DNA from: Nitrosotalea sp.
Lineage (GTDB): Bacteria; Chloroflexota; Dormibacteria; Dormibacterales; Dormibacteraceae
Reading direction: 5' to 3'
NCBI GenBank assembly: GCA_035534295.1
Contig: DATLSE010000046.1
Location: forward strand, 6,325-70,324
Length of the DNA: 64,000 nucleotides
Below the pieces are notes generated by a model, which worked only from the letters and a program-made list of their open reading frames with translations, did not search any database and was not told the origin of the DNA. Below are positions 11,742 through 20,357 of the stretch, piece after piece (within the stretch, counting starts at the first letter, position 1; each line of letters opens with the position of its first letter). Made by a program: the position numbers and the translations under genes.

Positions 11742-13028
11742 TCAGGACTGGGACGGATCCAGGATCAGACTCAGCGGGTGCTCCAAGAGGCGCTTGATCT
11801 CGCCCAGAAACAGAGCCGCGGTGGCTCCGTAGAAGACGCGGTGGTCGGCCGACAGCGTCATCCGCATCACGGTCCCTGGCACCACGCGGCTGTCGTCAAC
11901 CACCGGGACCTGCTTCACGGCTCCGACGGCGAGGATGGCAGACTCAGGGGGGTTGATGATGGCCTGGAACTCGTCCACGCCGAACATTCCGAGGTTGGAG
12001 ATGCTGAAGCCCCCGCCCTCCAGGTCGCCGGATTGAGGCCGTCCCGCTCGCGCCCGTTCGATCACCTGACGAGACTCGATCGCGATCGCGACCAGGTCCT
12101 TGCGATCGACGTTGTGCAGGACCGGTACCAGCAGACCCAGGCCGTCAGCAGAGGCCACGGCCAGACCGATATGGACCTCTCGGTGGCGCTCGAAATGGTC
12201 GTCGATCCAGGACGAGTTGACCTCGGGGAATTTGGCCAGGGCAAGTCCGGCGGCGCGGATGATCATATCGGTGATGGTCACCCGATCCGCCTCGGGATAG
12301 GTTTCCTGGAGTTGCTTGCGCAGATGCACGGCGTCGTCGACGCGAGCCTCGACGGTGACGTAGAAGTGGGGGACCTGGCTCTTGGCCAAGGTCATGCGGC
12401 GCGCGATCGTGCTTTGCATTCGGTTCGGCTGCTCGATCTCGACCGCGGGCCCCGCAGCCCCCTTGGAGGAGGCTGCCCCCATCACGTCCTCCTTCACGAT
12501 CCTGCCCTCGGGACCCGTGCCGCGGATGCGCGAGAGGTCGACCCCGCGCTCGGTCGCCAGGCGCCGGGCCAGCGGTGAGGCCCTGACCCCGGTCGGGTCC
12601 GCGACTGCGCCGGCATCAGGCGGCGCGATCGCGGCCGCCGGCGCCGCCGGCTGAGCCACCTCGGGTTCGGCACCCGGCTCGGCGGGCGTCGCGGCCTCTG
12701 CCTCGGGCGCATCCGAGGCGGGCGCGGCGGCCTCGACTGCGGGTGCGGCGGCCTCGACTGCGGGTGCGGCGGGGGCCGACTTGGTAGCGCTCGCCGCACC
12801 CTCACCCACGGTGGCGATCACCTGGCCCACCGGTACCGGACGGCCGACCTCGACCAGGATGTGAAGGATGCCGTCGGCCTCGGCCTCGATGTCGAAGCTG
12901 GCTTTGTCAGATTCGATTTCGGCGATGGCATCCCCGCGATGGACCTCAGCCCCCTCGGGCACCCTCCAGGTCAGCACCGTGCCCTCCTCCATGGTGTCGG
13001 AGAGCTTGGGCATGTTGACTTCAGGCAT
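11742..13028 (-). CDS. 2-oxoacid dehydrogenase complex E2 (dihydrolipoamide acyltransferase)
   Basis: Lipoyl domain EIESDKASFDIEA, an Ala/Pro linker, a PSBD (VRASPLARRLATERGVDLSRIRGTGPEGRI) and a catalytic domain with DHRVFYG. Confidence 0.9.
   Translation of the reverse strand: MPEVNMPKLSDTMEEGTVLTWRVPEGAEVHRGDAIAEIESDKASFDIEAEADGILHILVEVGRPVPVGQVIATVGEGAASATKSAPAAPAVEAAAPAVEAAAPASDAPEAEAATPAEPGAEPEVAQPAAPAAAIAPPDAGAVADPTGVRASPLARRLATERGVDLSRIRGTGPEGRIVKEDVMGAASSKGAAGPAVEIEQPNRMQSTIARRMTLAKSQVPHFYVTVEARVDDAVHLRKQLQETYPEADRVTITDMIIRAAGLALAKFPEVNSSWIDDHFERHREVHIGLAVASADGLGLLVPVLHNVDRKDLVAIAIESRQVIERARAGRPQSGDLEGGGFSISNLGMFGVDEFQAIINPPESAILAVGAVKQVPVVDDSRVVPGTVMRMTLSADHRVFYGATAALFLGEIKRLLEHPLSLILDPSQS
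12724..12772 (-). repeat. In-frame 21-bp tandem repeat (2.3 copies) in the E2 Ala/Pro linker
   Basis: GCGGCGGCCTCGACTGCGGGT occurs twice perfectly (12724-12744 and 12745-12765) plus a partial third copy. It encodes PAVEAAA PAVEAAA. Confidence 0.9.
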
Positions 13029-13030
13029 TT

Positions 13031-14020
13031 TTAGACCGCCACCTTGCGCCCCAGGCTTCTCCGCGCCGCGGCCACGATCTGGTCGACCGAGGGGATCGAG
13101 GCGCGCTCGAGATCCTGGTTGTAGGGCATGGGTACCTCTGCTCCTCCGACCCGGAGTGCGGGTGCATCGAGATAGTCGAAGCAGCGCTCGGAGAGTCCGG
13201 CCGCTATCTCAGCCCCCACCCCGTAGGTGGTCCAACCCTCTTCGATGACGATCAGGTGGCCGGTCTTCTTGACCGATTTCTGAAGCGTCTCCCAGTCGAT
13301 GGGGCGAATCGAGCGCAGGTCGATCACCTCGGCGTCGATTGACTCCTGCTCGAGTTGCTGGGCCGCCAGGGTGGCGTTGACGGCCTGGCGGGAGACGCCG
13401 ACCAGCGTTACATCGTCGCCTGCTCGGCGCACGACCGACTTACCCAGAGGGGTCAGATAGTCCGAGTCCGGAACCTCGCCCCGACTGTTGTACAGACTCA
13501 TGCTCTCCAGAAACATGACCGGATTGTCGGATCTGATCGCCGCCTTGAGCATGCCTTTGGCGTCGGCCGGGGTGGTGGGGGCGACGACGATGAGCCCGGG
13601 GATCATGCCGTACAGAGCCTCAAAGCTGTGCGAGTGCTGCGAGGACAGCTGGTGGCCGGCACCGCCCGGCATTCTAATCACCATCGGCACCGAAACCTGG
13701 CCCCCGAACATGTATCGAATCTTGGCCGCGTTCTGAACGATCTGATCGTAGGCGACGAGCGAGAAGTTCACGGTCATCAGCTCCACCACCGGATGTAGGC
13801 CAGCCATGGCCGCGCCGATGGCACTGCCCACTATCGCCTCCTCGGAGATGGGCGCATCCACCACTCGCATGTCTCCGTACTTGTCGAGCAGGCCCTCGGT
13901 GACCCGGTACGCGCCCCCGAAATGTCCGATGTCCTCGCCGATCAGGAAGACGCGCCCATCACGTTCCATCTCCTCATCGATCGCCTCACGCAGCGCCACC
14001 CGGAACAGTTTTTCGCTCAT
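13031..14020 (-). CDS. 2-oxoacid dehydrogenase E1 component, beta subunit
   Basis: ATG 14020 (MSEKLFRVALREAIDEEMERDGRVFLIGEDIG) overlaps the upstream stop (ATGA). It has a transketolase-like pyrimidine-binding domain and C-terminal domain. The ORF-track start at 14221 is an over-extension. Confidence 0.9.
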   Translation of the reverse strand: MSEKLFRVALREAIDEEMERDGRVFLIGEDIGHFGGAYRVTEGLLDKYGDMRVVDAPISEEAIVGSAIGAAMAGLHPVVELMTVNFSLVAYDQIVQNAAKIRYMFGGQVSVPMVIRMPGGAGHQLSSQHSHSFEALYGMIPGLIVVAPTTPADAKGMLKAAIRSDNPVMFLESMSLYNSRGEVPDSDYLTPLGKSVVRRAGDDVTLVGVSRQAVNATLAAQQLEQESIDAEVIDLRSIRPIDWETLQKSVKKTGHLIVIEEGWTTYGVGAEIAAGLSERCFDYLDAPALRVGGAEVPMPYNQDLERASIPSVDQIVAAARRSLGRKVAV

Positions 14021-16566
14021 CGCTCTAACTCCCAGTCGGGGGAGTAAAGATGCTGATAGAGGTCGTCGACGGGGGGGTTGGGGCTTGCATCCGAGAACGC
14101 CACCGCCTCGTCGATCTGGACCTGAACCGAGTCCTGGATGGACTGGATCTCCTCCTTCGAGGCCGCGCGCGCCTGGGTCAATCGATGCTCGAAAGACACC
14201 ACCGGATCGCTCTCGCGCCACTTGGCCTTCTCGGCCTCATCCCGGTACTTGTCCGGATCGACCACGGAGTGTCCTCGAAACCTGTAATTCAGCGCCTCAA
14301 TGAACCGGGGCTCGCCATCCTTGCGGCTCAACCTGACGATCTCCGCGGTGCGCCGCGCGACCTCGATCACGTCCATCCCGTCGACCTGGATGGCTTCGAT
14401 GTCGTAGGCAGCCGCTCGAAGGTAGATGTGGGGCACGGCCGATGCCTTCTCGACCGGGGTGCCCATGCCGTACTGATTATTGACGCAGAACCAGACTACG
14501 GGAAGGTGCATCACCTTGGACATGTTCAGCGACTCGTGGAAGGCGCCGATGTTGGAGGCGCCGTCGCCGAACATGCAGAGCACGACGTCCTCGCGGCCCT
14601 CGTACTTGGCGGCGAAAGCCGCTCCGACGGCGAGCGGGAGGTGGCCGCCCACAATTCCATAACCGCCCATGAAATGACGGTCTGAGTCGAATATGTGCAT
14701 GGAGCCGCCGCGCCCGTGCGAGGTCCCGGTCTCGCGGCCGAACAGTTCGGCCATGACCGCGGCTGGATCAACGCCGCGGGCGATGGCATGGCCGTGCTCG
14801 CGATAGCTGGTGTAGATCCAATCGTTGGGCTTGAGCGCCATGATCGCCCCAACCACGGTCGCCTCCTCGCCCAGGTTCAGGTGGCAGTAGCCGCCGATCT
14901 TGGCGTGGGTGTATTCAAGCTGGGCCCGCTCCTCGAATCTGCGGATCAAAAACATGAGGCGATAGATCTTGAGCAGCTCATCTTTGTTCGTCCGCTTAAG
15001 GTCGAGCCGGTCCAGGTTCAAGCCGGGAATCGCCGGTCCCGCTGCTGGCGGAGAGAGCTGAGCCGACGTCCGGGGCTGGCGAGCCGCGGTCTTTATCGCC
15101 GCGGCCGGGGCCGGGGGCCGTGCCGCCGGTGCTACGGCGGTGGGGGTGGGCGGGGCTGGGGTCGGCTTGGCCGCGGCGCGCTGCCGGTTGAGGACGTGAA
15201 TCGCCGCGCCGTTGGCGGCCAGCGCCGCCTCGAGGAACGATTCCGACAACGTGGGGTGGGCGTGAATCGTCAGCTCAATGTCCTTAAGGCTCAGCCGCTG
15301 CTGGACCGCGATCGTGGCCTCAGCAATGAGGTCGGTGACCCGCGGTCCGACCATCTGGACACCGAGTACGGTGTCGTCCTTGGCGTCGGCGATGATCTTG
15401 ATCGCGCCCTCGCTGGAGCCCAGCGTCATCGCTCGCCCTGAGGCGGCGAAGGGGAAGCGCCCCACCTTCACCTCGAGCCCACGCTCGCGCGCCTCCGCCT
15501 CTCCCAGTCCCACGTTGGCGATCTCGGGATCGGTGTAGATGCAGTTCGGCACGGCGCGGTAGTCGGGCGTGCGATCGGCCTTCCCGGCCAGGTTATCGGC
15601 CACCAGGACCCCCTCGTAGGAGGCGACGTGAGCCAGCATGATGCCGCCGATCACGTCCCCGACGGCGTAGACGCCCTTGACGTTGGTCTGGAGGTGGTCG
15701 TCGACCACCACCCGGCCCCGTTCGGTGGCGACGCCGGTGGCGTCCAGTCCGAGATCCTCGGTATACGGCACCCGTCCGGTGGCCCGGAGCACCACTTCGG
15801 CCGTCGCCTCCTGGGCCTCGCCGCCCAGGGTGAACCGTACCTTCAACTCGGCCCCAGCGCGATGGATCGACTCCACCCGTGCCTCGGTGTGGATGACACC
15901 GCCCAGAGATTCGAAGTGGCGCTGGTAGAGGCGCACCATGTCGGCTTCCACCATGGGCAGGATGCGCGGCATCATTTCGATCACGGTGACCTGGGTCCCG
16001 AGCGCGGCGTAGAGCGCTCCCCATTCCATTCCCACCACCCCGCCCCCGACCACGACCATGGTCGAGGGGATCCGCTCCAGGCCGAGAATGCCATCCGAGT
16101 CGATGGTCAGCTCAGCCCCTGGCACGGGGAGGGCGGCGGGTACCGATCCAGTGGCGATGATCACCGCACCGGCTGAGTATTCGGTCTCGCCCACGCTGAA
16201 GGCGCCGGCCGCACGCAACCGACCGCTGCCGCTGAGCACCTGCACCCCGTTGCCCTTGAGCAAACCCTCCACGCCCTGAACGATTCCGTCCACGACCTCG
16301 ATCCGGCGCTTTTGGGCGGCCGGTAGATCGAAGCTCAGGCCCTGCGTCACAACTCCGAACTTGAGCCCCTGGCGGCTGATGGTGGAGTAAAGCTCGGAGG
16401 ATTGCAGGAGGGCCTTGGTTGGTATGCATCCGCGCACCAGGCAGGTGCCGCCTAGCCGATCCTTCTCGACCACCGCGACCCGGGCGCCAAGCTGGGCGGC
16501 GCGGATCGCGGCCACGTAACCGCCCGGACCGCCCCCGATAACGGCTAGGTCGAAGCCCTCAGGCAC
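14017..16566 (-). CDS. Fusion protein: dihydrolipoyl dehydrogenase (E3) N-terminal + Ala/Pro linker + 2-oxoacid dehydrogenase E1 alpha subunit C-terminal
   Basis: One uninterrupted 849-codon ORF with GTG start 16566. Residues 1-458 are E3 (AVIGGGPGGY, redox CLVRGC, HAHPTLSE). Residues 459-515 are the linker KPTPAPPTPTAVAPAARPPAPAAA. Residues 516-849 are E1 alpha (YRLMFLIRRFEERA, TSYREHGHAIARG, GDGASNIGAFHE). Confidence 0.8.
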   Translation of the reverse strand: MPEGFDLAVIGGGPGGYVAAIRAAQLGARVAVVEKDRLGGTCLVRGCIPTKALLQSSELYSTISRQGLKFGVVTQGLSFDLPAAQKRRIEVVDGIVQGVEGLLKGNGVQVLSGSGRLRAAGAFSVGETEYSAGAVIIATGSVPAALPVPGAELTIDSDGILGLERIPSTMVVVGGGVVGMEWGALYAALGTQVTVIEMMPRILPMVEADMVRLYQRHFESLGGVIHTEARVESIHRAGAELKVRFTLGGEAQEATAEVVLRATGRVPYTEDLGLDATGVATERGRVVVDDHLQTNVKGVYAVGDVIGGIMLAHVASYEGVLVADNLAGKADRTPDYRAVPNCIYTDPEIANVGLGEAEARERGLEVKVGRFPFAASGRAMTLGSSEGAIKIIADAKDDTVLGVQMVGPRVTDLIAEATIAVQQRLSLKDIELTIHAHPTLSESFLEAALAANGAAIHVLNRQRAAAKPTPAPPTPTAVAPAARPPAPAAAIKTAARQPRTSAQLSPPAAGPAIPGLNLDRLDLKRTNKDELLKIYRLMFLIRRFEERAQLEYTHAKIGGYCHLNLGEEATVVGAIMALKPNDWIYTSYREHGHAIARGVDPAAVMAELFGRETGTSHGRGGSMHIFDSDRHFMGGYGIVGGHLPLAVGAAFAAKYEGREDVVLCMFGDGASNIGAFHESLNMSKVMHLPVVWFCVNNQYGMGTPVEKASAVPHIYLRAAAYDIEAIQVDGMDVIEVARRTAEIVRLSRKDGEPRFIEALNYRFRGHSVVDPDKYRDEAEKAKWRESDPVVSFEHRLTQARAASKEEIQSIQDSVQVQIDEAVAFSDASPNPPVDDLYQHLYSPDWELER

Positions 16567-16603
16567 AGTTATGCCCGTGATTTATGGCGGTCATAGAAAT
16601 TGA

Positions 16604-18370
16604 TTATCGCTGAGTCGAGAGCCCGATTTGGTCGACGTCGCCCTCCGGTCGGTAGCGATTGGTGATGGGCATACGCCGATCCCGACCGAAGGCTCGGGGC
16701 GTGATCTTGATCCCCGGGGCCCCCTGTCGCCGCTTGTACTCGCTGGCGTCCACCAGCGCGACTACCCTTCGCACCGTGGCCGCGTCATGGCCGGCAGATA
16801 TCAGCTCGTCCACGCTGCGGTCCTTCTCCACGTAGCCCTGCAGGATGGGGTCGAGATCCGCGTAGGGGGGCAGGCTGTCTTCGTCGCGCTGGTCGGGGCG
16901 CAGCTCAGCGCTCGGCGCCTTGGTCAGCACCCGCTCCGGGATGGGAGCCGGTCCGGACCTCTGGTTGCGGTAGCCACAGAGCTCGTAGACCAGGGTTTTG
17001 GGAATGTCCTTCAGGACCGCGAACCCACCGGCCATGTCGCCGTACAGCGTGCAGTAGCCGGTTGCGAGCTCGGACTTGTTGCCAGTGGTGAGGACCATCC
17101 AGCCGAACTTGTTGCTCAACGCCATAAGCAGATTGCCCCGGATACGCGCCTGAAGGTTCTCCTCGGCGATTCCGGGGGAGGTGCCGGCGAAGACGCTGTC
17201 AAGCGAACCAGCGTAGGCGGCGCGCGCGCCATCGATGGCCAAAAGCTCGGTGCGAATTCCCAGCGCTGAGGCGAGCTCGCGTGCGTCCTCCAGGCTCTGA
17301 GTCGAGGTGTACTCGGAGGGCATGAGGACGCCGACAACGTGATCGGCGCCGAGCGCGTCGACCGCGACCGCGGCGGTCAACGAAGAATCAACCCCTCCTG
17401 ACAGGCCCAGGACCACGGTGCTGAATGCGCCCGTCTTGCGCACGTAGTCTGCTGTGCCCAGGACCAGGGCGGCATAGACCTCGGCGGTTCCGTCCAGCGG
17501 TTCACATCGCAGCGTTGGAAGCAGCCGACGCGGGTGGTGGGGAGGAGGAGCGCCGGCCTGGACGTGGCTGACGGCGAGCTCGGCCGGGGTGTGCTCGGAC
17601 GTCTCCTGGCGCAACCTGGTGTCGCGCAGGCGCTGGCTCAGCACCTCGCCGATCTCGAGGTCGCAAACCAAAAGGTGCTCCTGGAAGGAGGGGGCCCGGG
17701 CGACCACCGCGCCGTCGGGAGCGAAAACGACGCTGTTGCCATCGAAGACGAGCTCGTCCTGCCCACCAGTCATGTTGACCCACGCCATGTAGGCGCGCGA
17801 GTCCATGGCGCGGGTGGCGATCATCATCTCCCGGCTCGAGCGTTTGCCGAAGTGATAGGGCGATCCGTTGATGTTGATCAGCAGCTCCACGCCCTGGGCG
17901 GCCTGGAGTGCAACCGGCCCCCCGGGGTACCACGCGTCCTCGCAAATCGAGACTCCGATCCGCACCCCGGCGTATTCGAATATCGGGCACCGCCGGCCCC
18001 GACGGAAGTAGCGTTCCTCGTCGAAGACGCCGTAGTTGGGCAAGTACACCTTGTGGTAGACGCCCTTTATCTCTCCGTCGGAGCAGAAGGCGGCGGCGTT
18101 GAAGATGTCTCCATCCAGATCGACGAACCCGGCCACCAGGGCGATTCCCCGGCTGGCCTGGACCAGTCGCTCAAGATGGCGGAGGTTGTCGCGAATAAAG
18201 CTCGGCTTGAGCAGCAGGTCCTCGGGCGGATAGCCCGGGATGGCCATCTCGGGGAAGGCCACCAGGTCAGCGCCGAGCTCGCGCGCCTCCTGAGCCAGAT
18301 CGATCATGCGGTTCACGTTGCCCGCCACGTCTCCGACCACGGGGTCGAACTGAGCCAGCGCGATCCGCAT
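16604..18370 (-). CDS. nadE: Glutamine-dependent NAD+ synthetase (CN-hydrolase + NAD synthetase domains)
   Basis: ATG 18370 (MRIALAQFDPVVGDVAGN). The CN-hydrolase domain carries ICEDAWYP and the PP-loop is GLSGGVDSS. The ORF-track start at 18532 is an over-extension into the divergent gene. Confidence 0.9.
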   Translation of the reverse strand: MRIALAQFDPVVGDVAGNVNRMIDLAQEARELGADLVAFPEMAIPGYPPEDLLLKPSFIRDNLRHLERLVQASRGIALVAGFVDLDGDIFNAAAFCSDGEIKGVYHKVYLPNYGVFDEERYFRRGRRCPIFEYAGVRIGVSICEDAWYPGGPVALQAAQGVELLININGSPYHFGKRSSREMMIATRAMDSRAYMAWVNMTGGQDELVFDGNSVVFAPDGAVVARAPSFQEHLLVCDLEIGEVLSQRLRDTRLRQETSEHTPAELAVSHVQAGAPPPHHPRRLLPTLRCEPLDGTAEVYAALVLGTADYVRKTGAFSTVVLGLSGGVDSSLTAAVAVDALGADHVVGVLMPSEYTSTQSLEDARELASALGIRTELLAIDGARAAYAGSLDSVFAGTSPGIAEENLQARIRGNLLMALSNKFGWMVLTTGNKSELATGYCTLYGDMAGGFAVLKDIPKTLVYELCGYRNQRSGPAPIPERVLTKAPSAELRPDQRDEDSLPPYADLDPILQGYVEKDRSVDELISAGHDAATVRRVVALVDASEYKRRQGAPGIKITPRAFGRDRRMPITNRYRPEGDVDQIGLSTQR

Positions 18371-18420
18371 TGGACGAGCCCGGTCGAGGTGCATAGGCCA
18401 AATTGTGGGCTGCGGGCCAG

Positions 18421-18426
18421 GATAAT
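18421..18426 (+). promoter_or_regulatory. Candidate -10 hexamer (GATAAT) for a leaderless ThiS-like transcript
   Basis: GATAAT lies exactly 7 nt upstream of ATG 18434. The spacing matches the TATAAT-7 nt-ATG arrangement at 24126-24141. I see no clear -35. Confidence 0.35.
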
Positions 18427-18433
18427 GGGTCGG

Positions 18434-18634
18434 ATGCGAGTCACCATCCGCCCCAGCCGGGAGGCCCGTGAAGTTCAGGCCGACTCGGTTTCGGCGCTCC
18501 TTGCCAGGCTCGGACTCCACCGCGATGCCCATCTGGTCCTCCGCGGCGAGGAGATATTGACCGGGGATGTCCGGCTCGGGCCCGAAGACGAGATCGACAT
18601 CGTGCCGGTCATAAGTGGAGGATGTGCGGCGTGA
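18434..18634 (+). CDS. ThiS/MoaD-fold ubiquitin-like sulfur-carrier protein (TtuB/CysO-like) ending ...VISGG-CAA
   Basis: 66 aa: MRVTIRPSREAREVQADSVSALLARLGL...EDEIDIVPVISGGCAA. It has ThiS size and pattern, with a Gly-Gly followed by 3 extra residues. It is coupled to a TtuA-like gene. An alternative start is ATG 18425. Confidence 0.7.
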   Translation: MRVTIRPSREAREVQADSVSALLARLGLHRDAHLVLRGEEILTGDVRLGPEDEIDIVPVISGGCAA

Positions 18635-19578
18635 GGTGCACGCGCTGCCGGGGCCAGGCCAACGTAGAAATCAGGCGTACCCACCAGGCATTCTGTGCCG
18701 GCTGCTACCCGGCCTGGTTTGAAGGCCAGGTCCAGGATCGGATCGATCACGAGCGGATGCTGCGCCGGGACGAGCCGGTGCTGGTCGCCATCTCCGGAGG
18801 CAAGGACAGCCTGGCCCTGTGGCACGCGCTGACCCGACTGGGCTACCGAGCCGACGGAATGTACATCCGGTTGGGCATCGGTGACTATTCGCGCCGCTCG
18901 CAGGAAAAGGCGGAGCGCTACGCCGCCAGCGCGGGCTTGGTCCTGCACCAGGTCGACCTCGAGCAGGCTTACGGGTTCACCGTGCCCGACCTGACCGAGG
19001 CCCGCTCGGGCAAGCCGTGCAGTGCCTGCGGAGCAGTCAAGCGGTACCACTTCAATCGACTTGCGGCCGAACTCGGGTACTCGGTGGTGGCCACCGGGCA
19101 CAACCTGGACGATGAGGCGGCCACGCTGTTCGGCAACGTCATGCACTGGCAGACCGACTACCTGGGGCGGCAGGGACCAGTGCTGGAGTCGACCCACCCG
19201 GCCCTGGTCAAAAAAGTCAAGCCGCTCTATCGGCTGGGCGAGCGCGAGACGGCGGCATACGCCCTGATCGAGCGCTTGGACTACATCCTGGAGGAGTGCC
19301 CGATGGCACTTGGAGCCAAGTCTCTGGCCTACAAAGACATGCTGAACCAACTTGAGGAGAGTCAGCCTGGGGCCAAGCATCAATTCCTGGTTGGCTTCCT
19401 CAAAAAGGGCCGCGCTGAGCTCAAGGTCGGGGGGTTTGACCAGGCCACCGAGCTGCGCCTCTGCAGCCGTTGCGCTCAACCCACGACATCGGCCGTCTGC
19501 ACCCACTGCAAGATGGCCGAGAGGGGCCGCCGCAAGGCCGAGGCCCGGGGCGCCAAAGACCGCTCGGCCTCAGCTTGA
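18631..19578 (+). CDS. ttuA: TtuA/Ncs6-type tRNA 2-thiolation PP-loop ATPase (group II TtcA/TtuA family)
   Basis: N-terminal CxxC-x15-CxxC, PP-loop SGGKDS, Fe-S ligands PCSACG...EECP and C-terminal CSRC-x8-CTHC. GTG 18631 forms GTGA with the ThiS-like stop and sits 8 nt after GGAGGA. ATG 18622 is an alternative start. Confidence 0.8.
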   Translation: MRCTRCRGQANVEIRRTHQAFCAGCYPAWFEGQVQDRIDHERMLRRDEPVLVAISGGKDSLALWHALTRLGYRADGMYIRLGIGDYSRRSQEKAERYAASAGLVLHQVDLEQAYGFTVPDLTEARSGKPCSACGAVKRYHFNRLAAELGYSVVATGHNLDDEAATLFGNVMHWQTDYLGRQGPVLESTHPALVKKVKPLYRLGERETAAYALIERLDYILEECPMALGAKSLAYKDMLNQLEESQPGAKHQFLVGFLKKGRAELKVGGFDQATELRLCSRCAQPTTSAVCTHCKMAERGRRKAEARGAKDRSASA

Positions 19579-20357
19579 GCTCCTTCTTCACCCTGCTCCG
19601 AGCCGCTGCGAGCGCCCATCGATCGCAGCTCTGCGTCGGTCTGGATCCTGACCCAGAAGTCATTCCCGGGGGTGCGGCGGGAGCGCTCAAGCACTGCCTG
19701 CAGGTGGTCCAGGAGACCCAGGACCTGGTCTGCTGCTACAAGCCGAATTCGGCCTTTTGGGAACAATACGGTCCCGAGGGGATGGCCGCTCTGGCGGAGC
19801 TCCGGACTCGAATCGACGGCTCTTTGCCGCTCGTCTACGACGCCAAGCGCGGCGATTTTGACCACACCAGCGCCGCCTACGCCCGAGCCGCCTTTGACGT
19901 GCTGGGAATGGACGCCATCACCCTCAACCCCTACCTGGGAGCCGACAGCCTGAAACCCTTCACCGAGCGCGGCGAGCGCGGCTGCTATGTGATTTGCCGG
20001 ACATCGAATCCCGGCGCCGCTGACCTTCAGCATCGCGACGTCGAGGGCCAGCCCCTCTATCGGCGCGTCGCCGATCTGGCGCAGGAGCTGAATCAGGCTG
20101 GCAACTTAGGCCTGGTCATCGGAGCCACCGCACCCAGCCAGATCGCCGAGGTTCGCGCCAGCTCCGACCTTCCGTTCTTGATCCCGGGTGTGGGAGCGCA
20201 GGGGGGAGACCTCGACGCGTCGGTTCGAGCGGCCTGGAATGGTGAGGCCGATTCATGCCTAATCAGTGCCAGTCGAGGCGTCATCTACGCCGACAGTCCG
20301 CGCCGGGCGGCGCGCGAGCTGAGGGACCGGATCAACCACGTTCTGGGTCGGCAATGA
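19575..20357 (+). CDS. pyrF: Orotidine 5'-phosphate decarboxylase (type 2)
   Basis: LCVGLDPD, YKPNSAFWE and DAKRGDFDHT motifs are present. TTG 19575 overlaps the ttuA-like stop (TTGA). The ORF-track start at 19470 is an over-extension. Confidence 0.85.
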   Translation: MSSFFTLLRAAASAHRSQLCVGLDPDPEVIPGGAAGALKHCLQVVQETQDLVCCYKPNSAFWEQYGPEGMAALAELRTRIDGSLPLVYDAKRGDFDHTSAAYARAAFDVLGMDAITLNPYLGADSLKPFTERGERGCYVICRTSNPGAADLQHRDVEGQPLYRRVADLAQELNQAGNLGLVIGATAPSQIAEVRASSDLPFLIPGVGAQGGDLDASVRAAWNGEADSCLISASRGVIYADSPRRAARELRDRINHVLGRQ

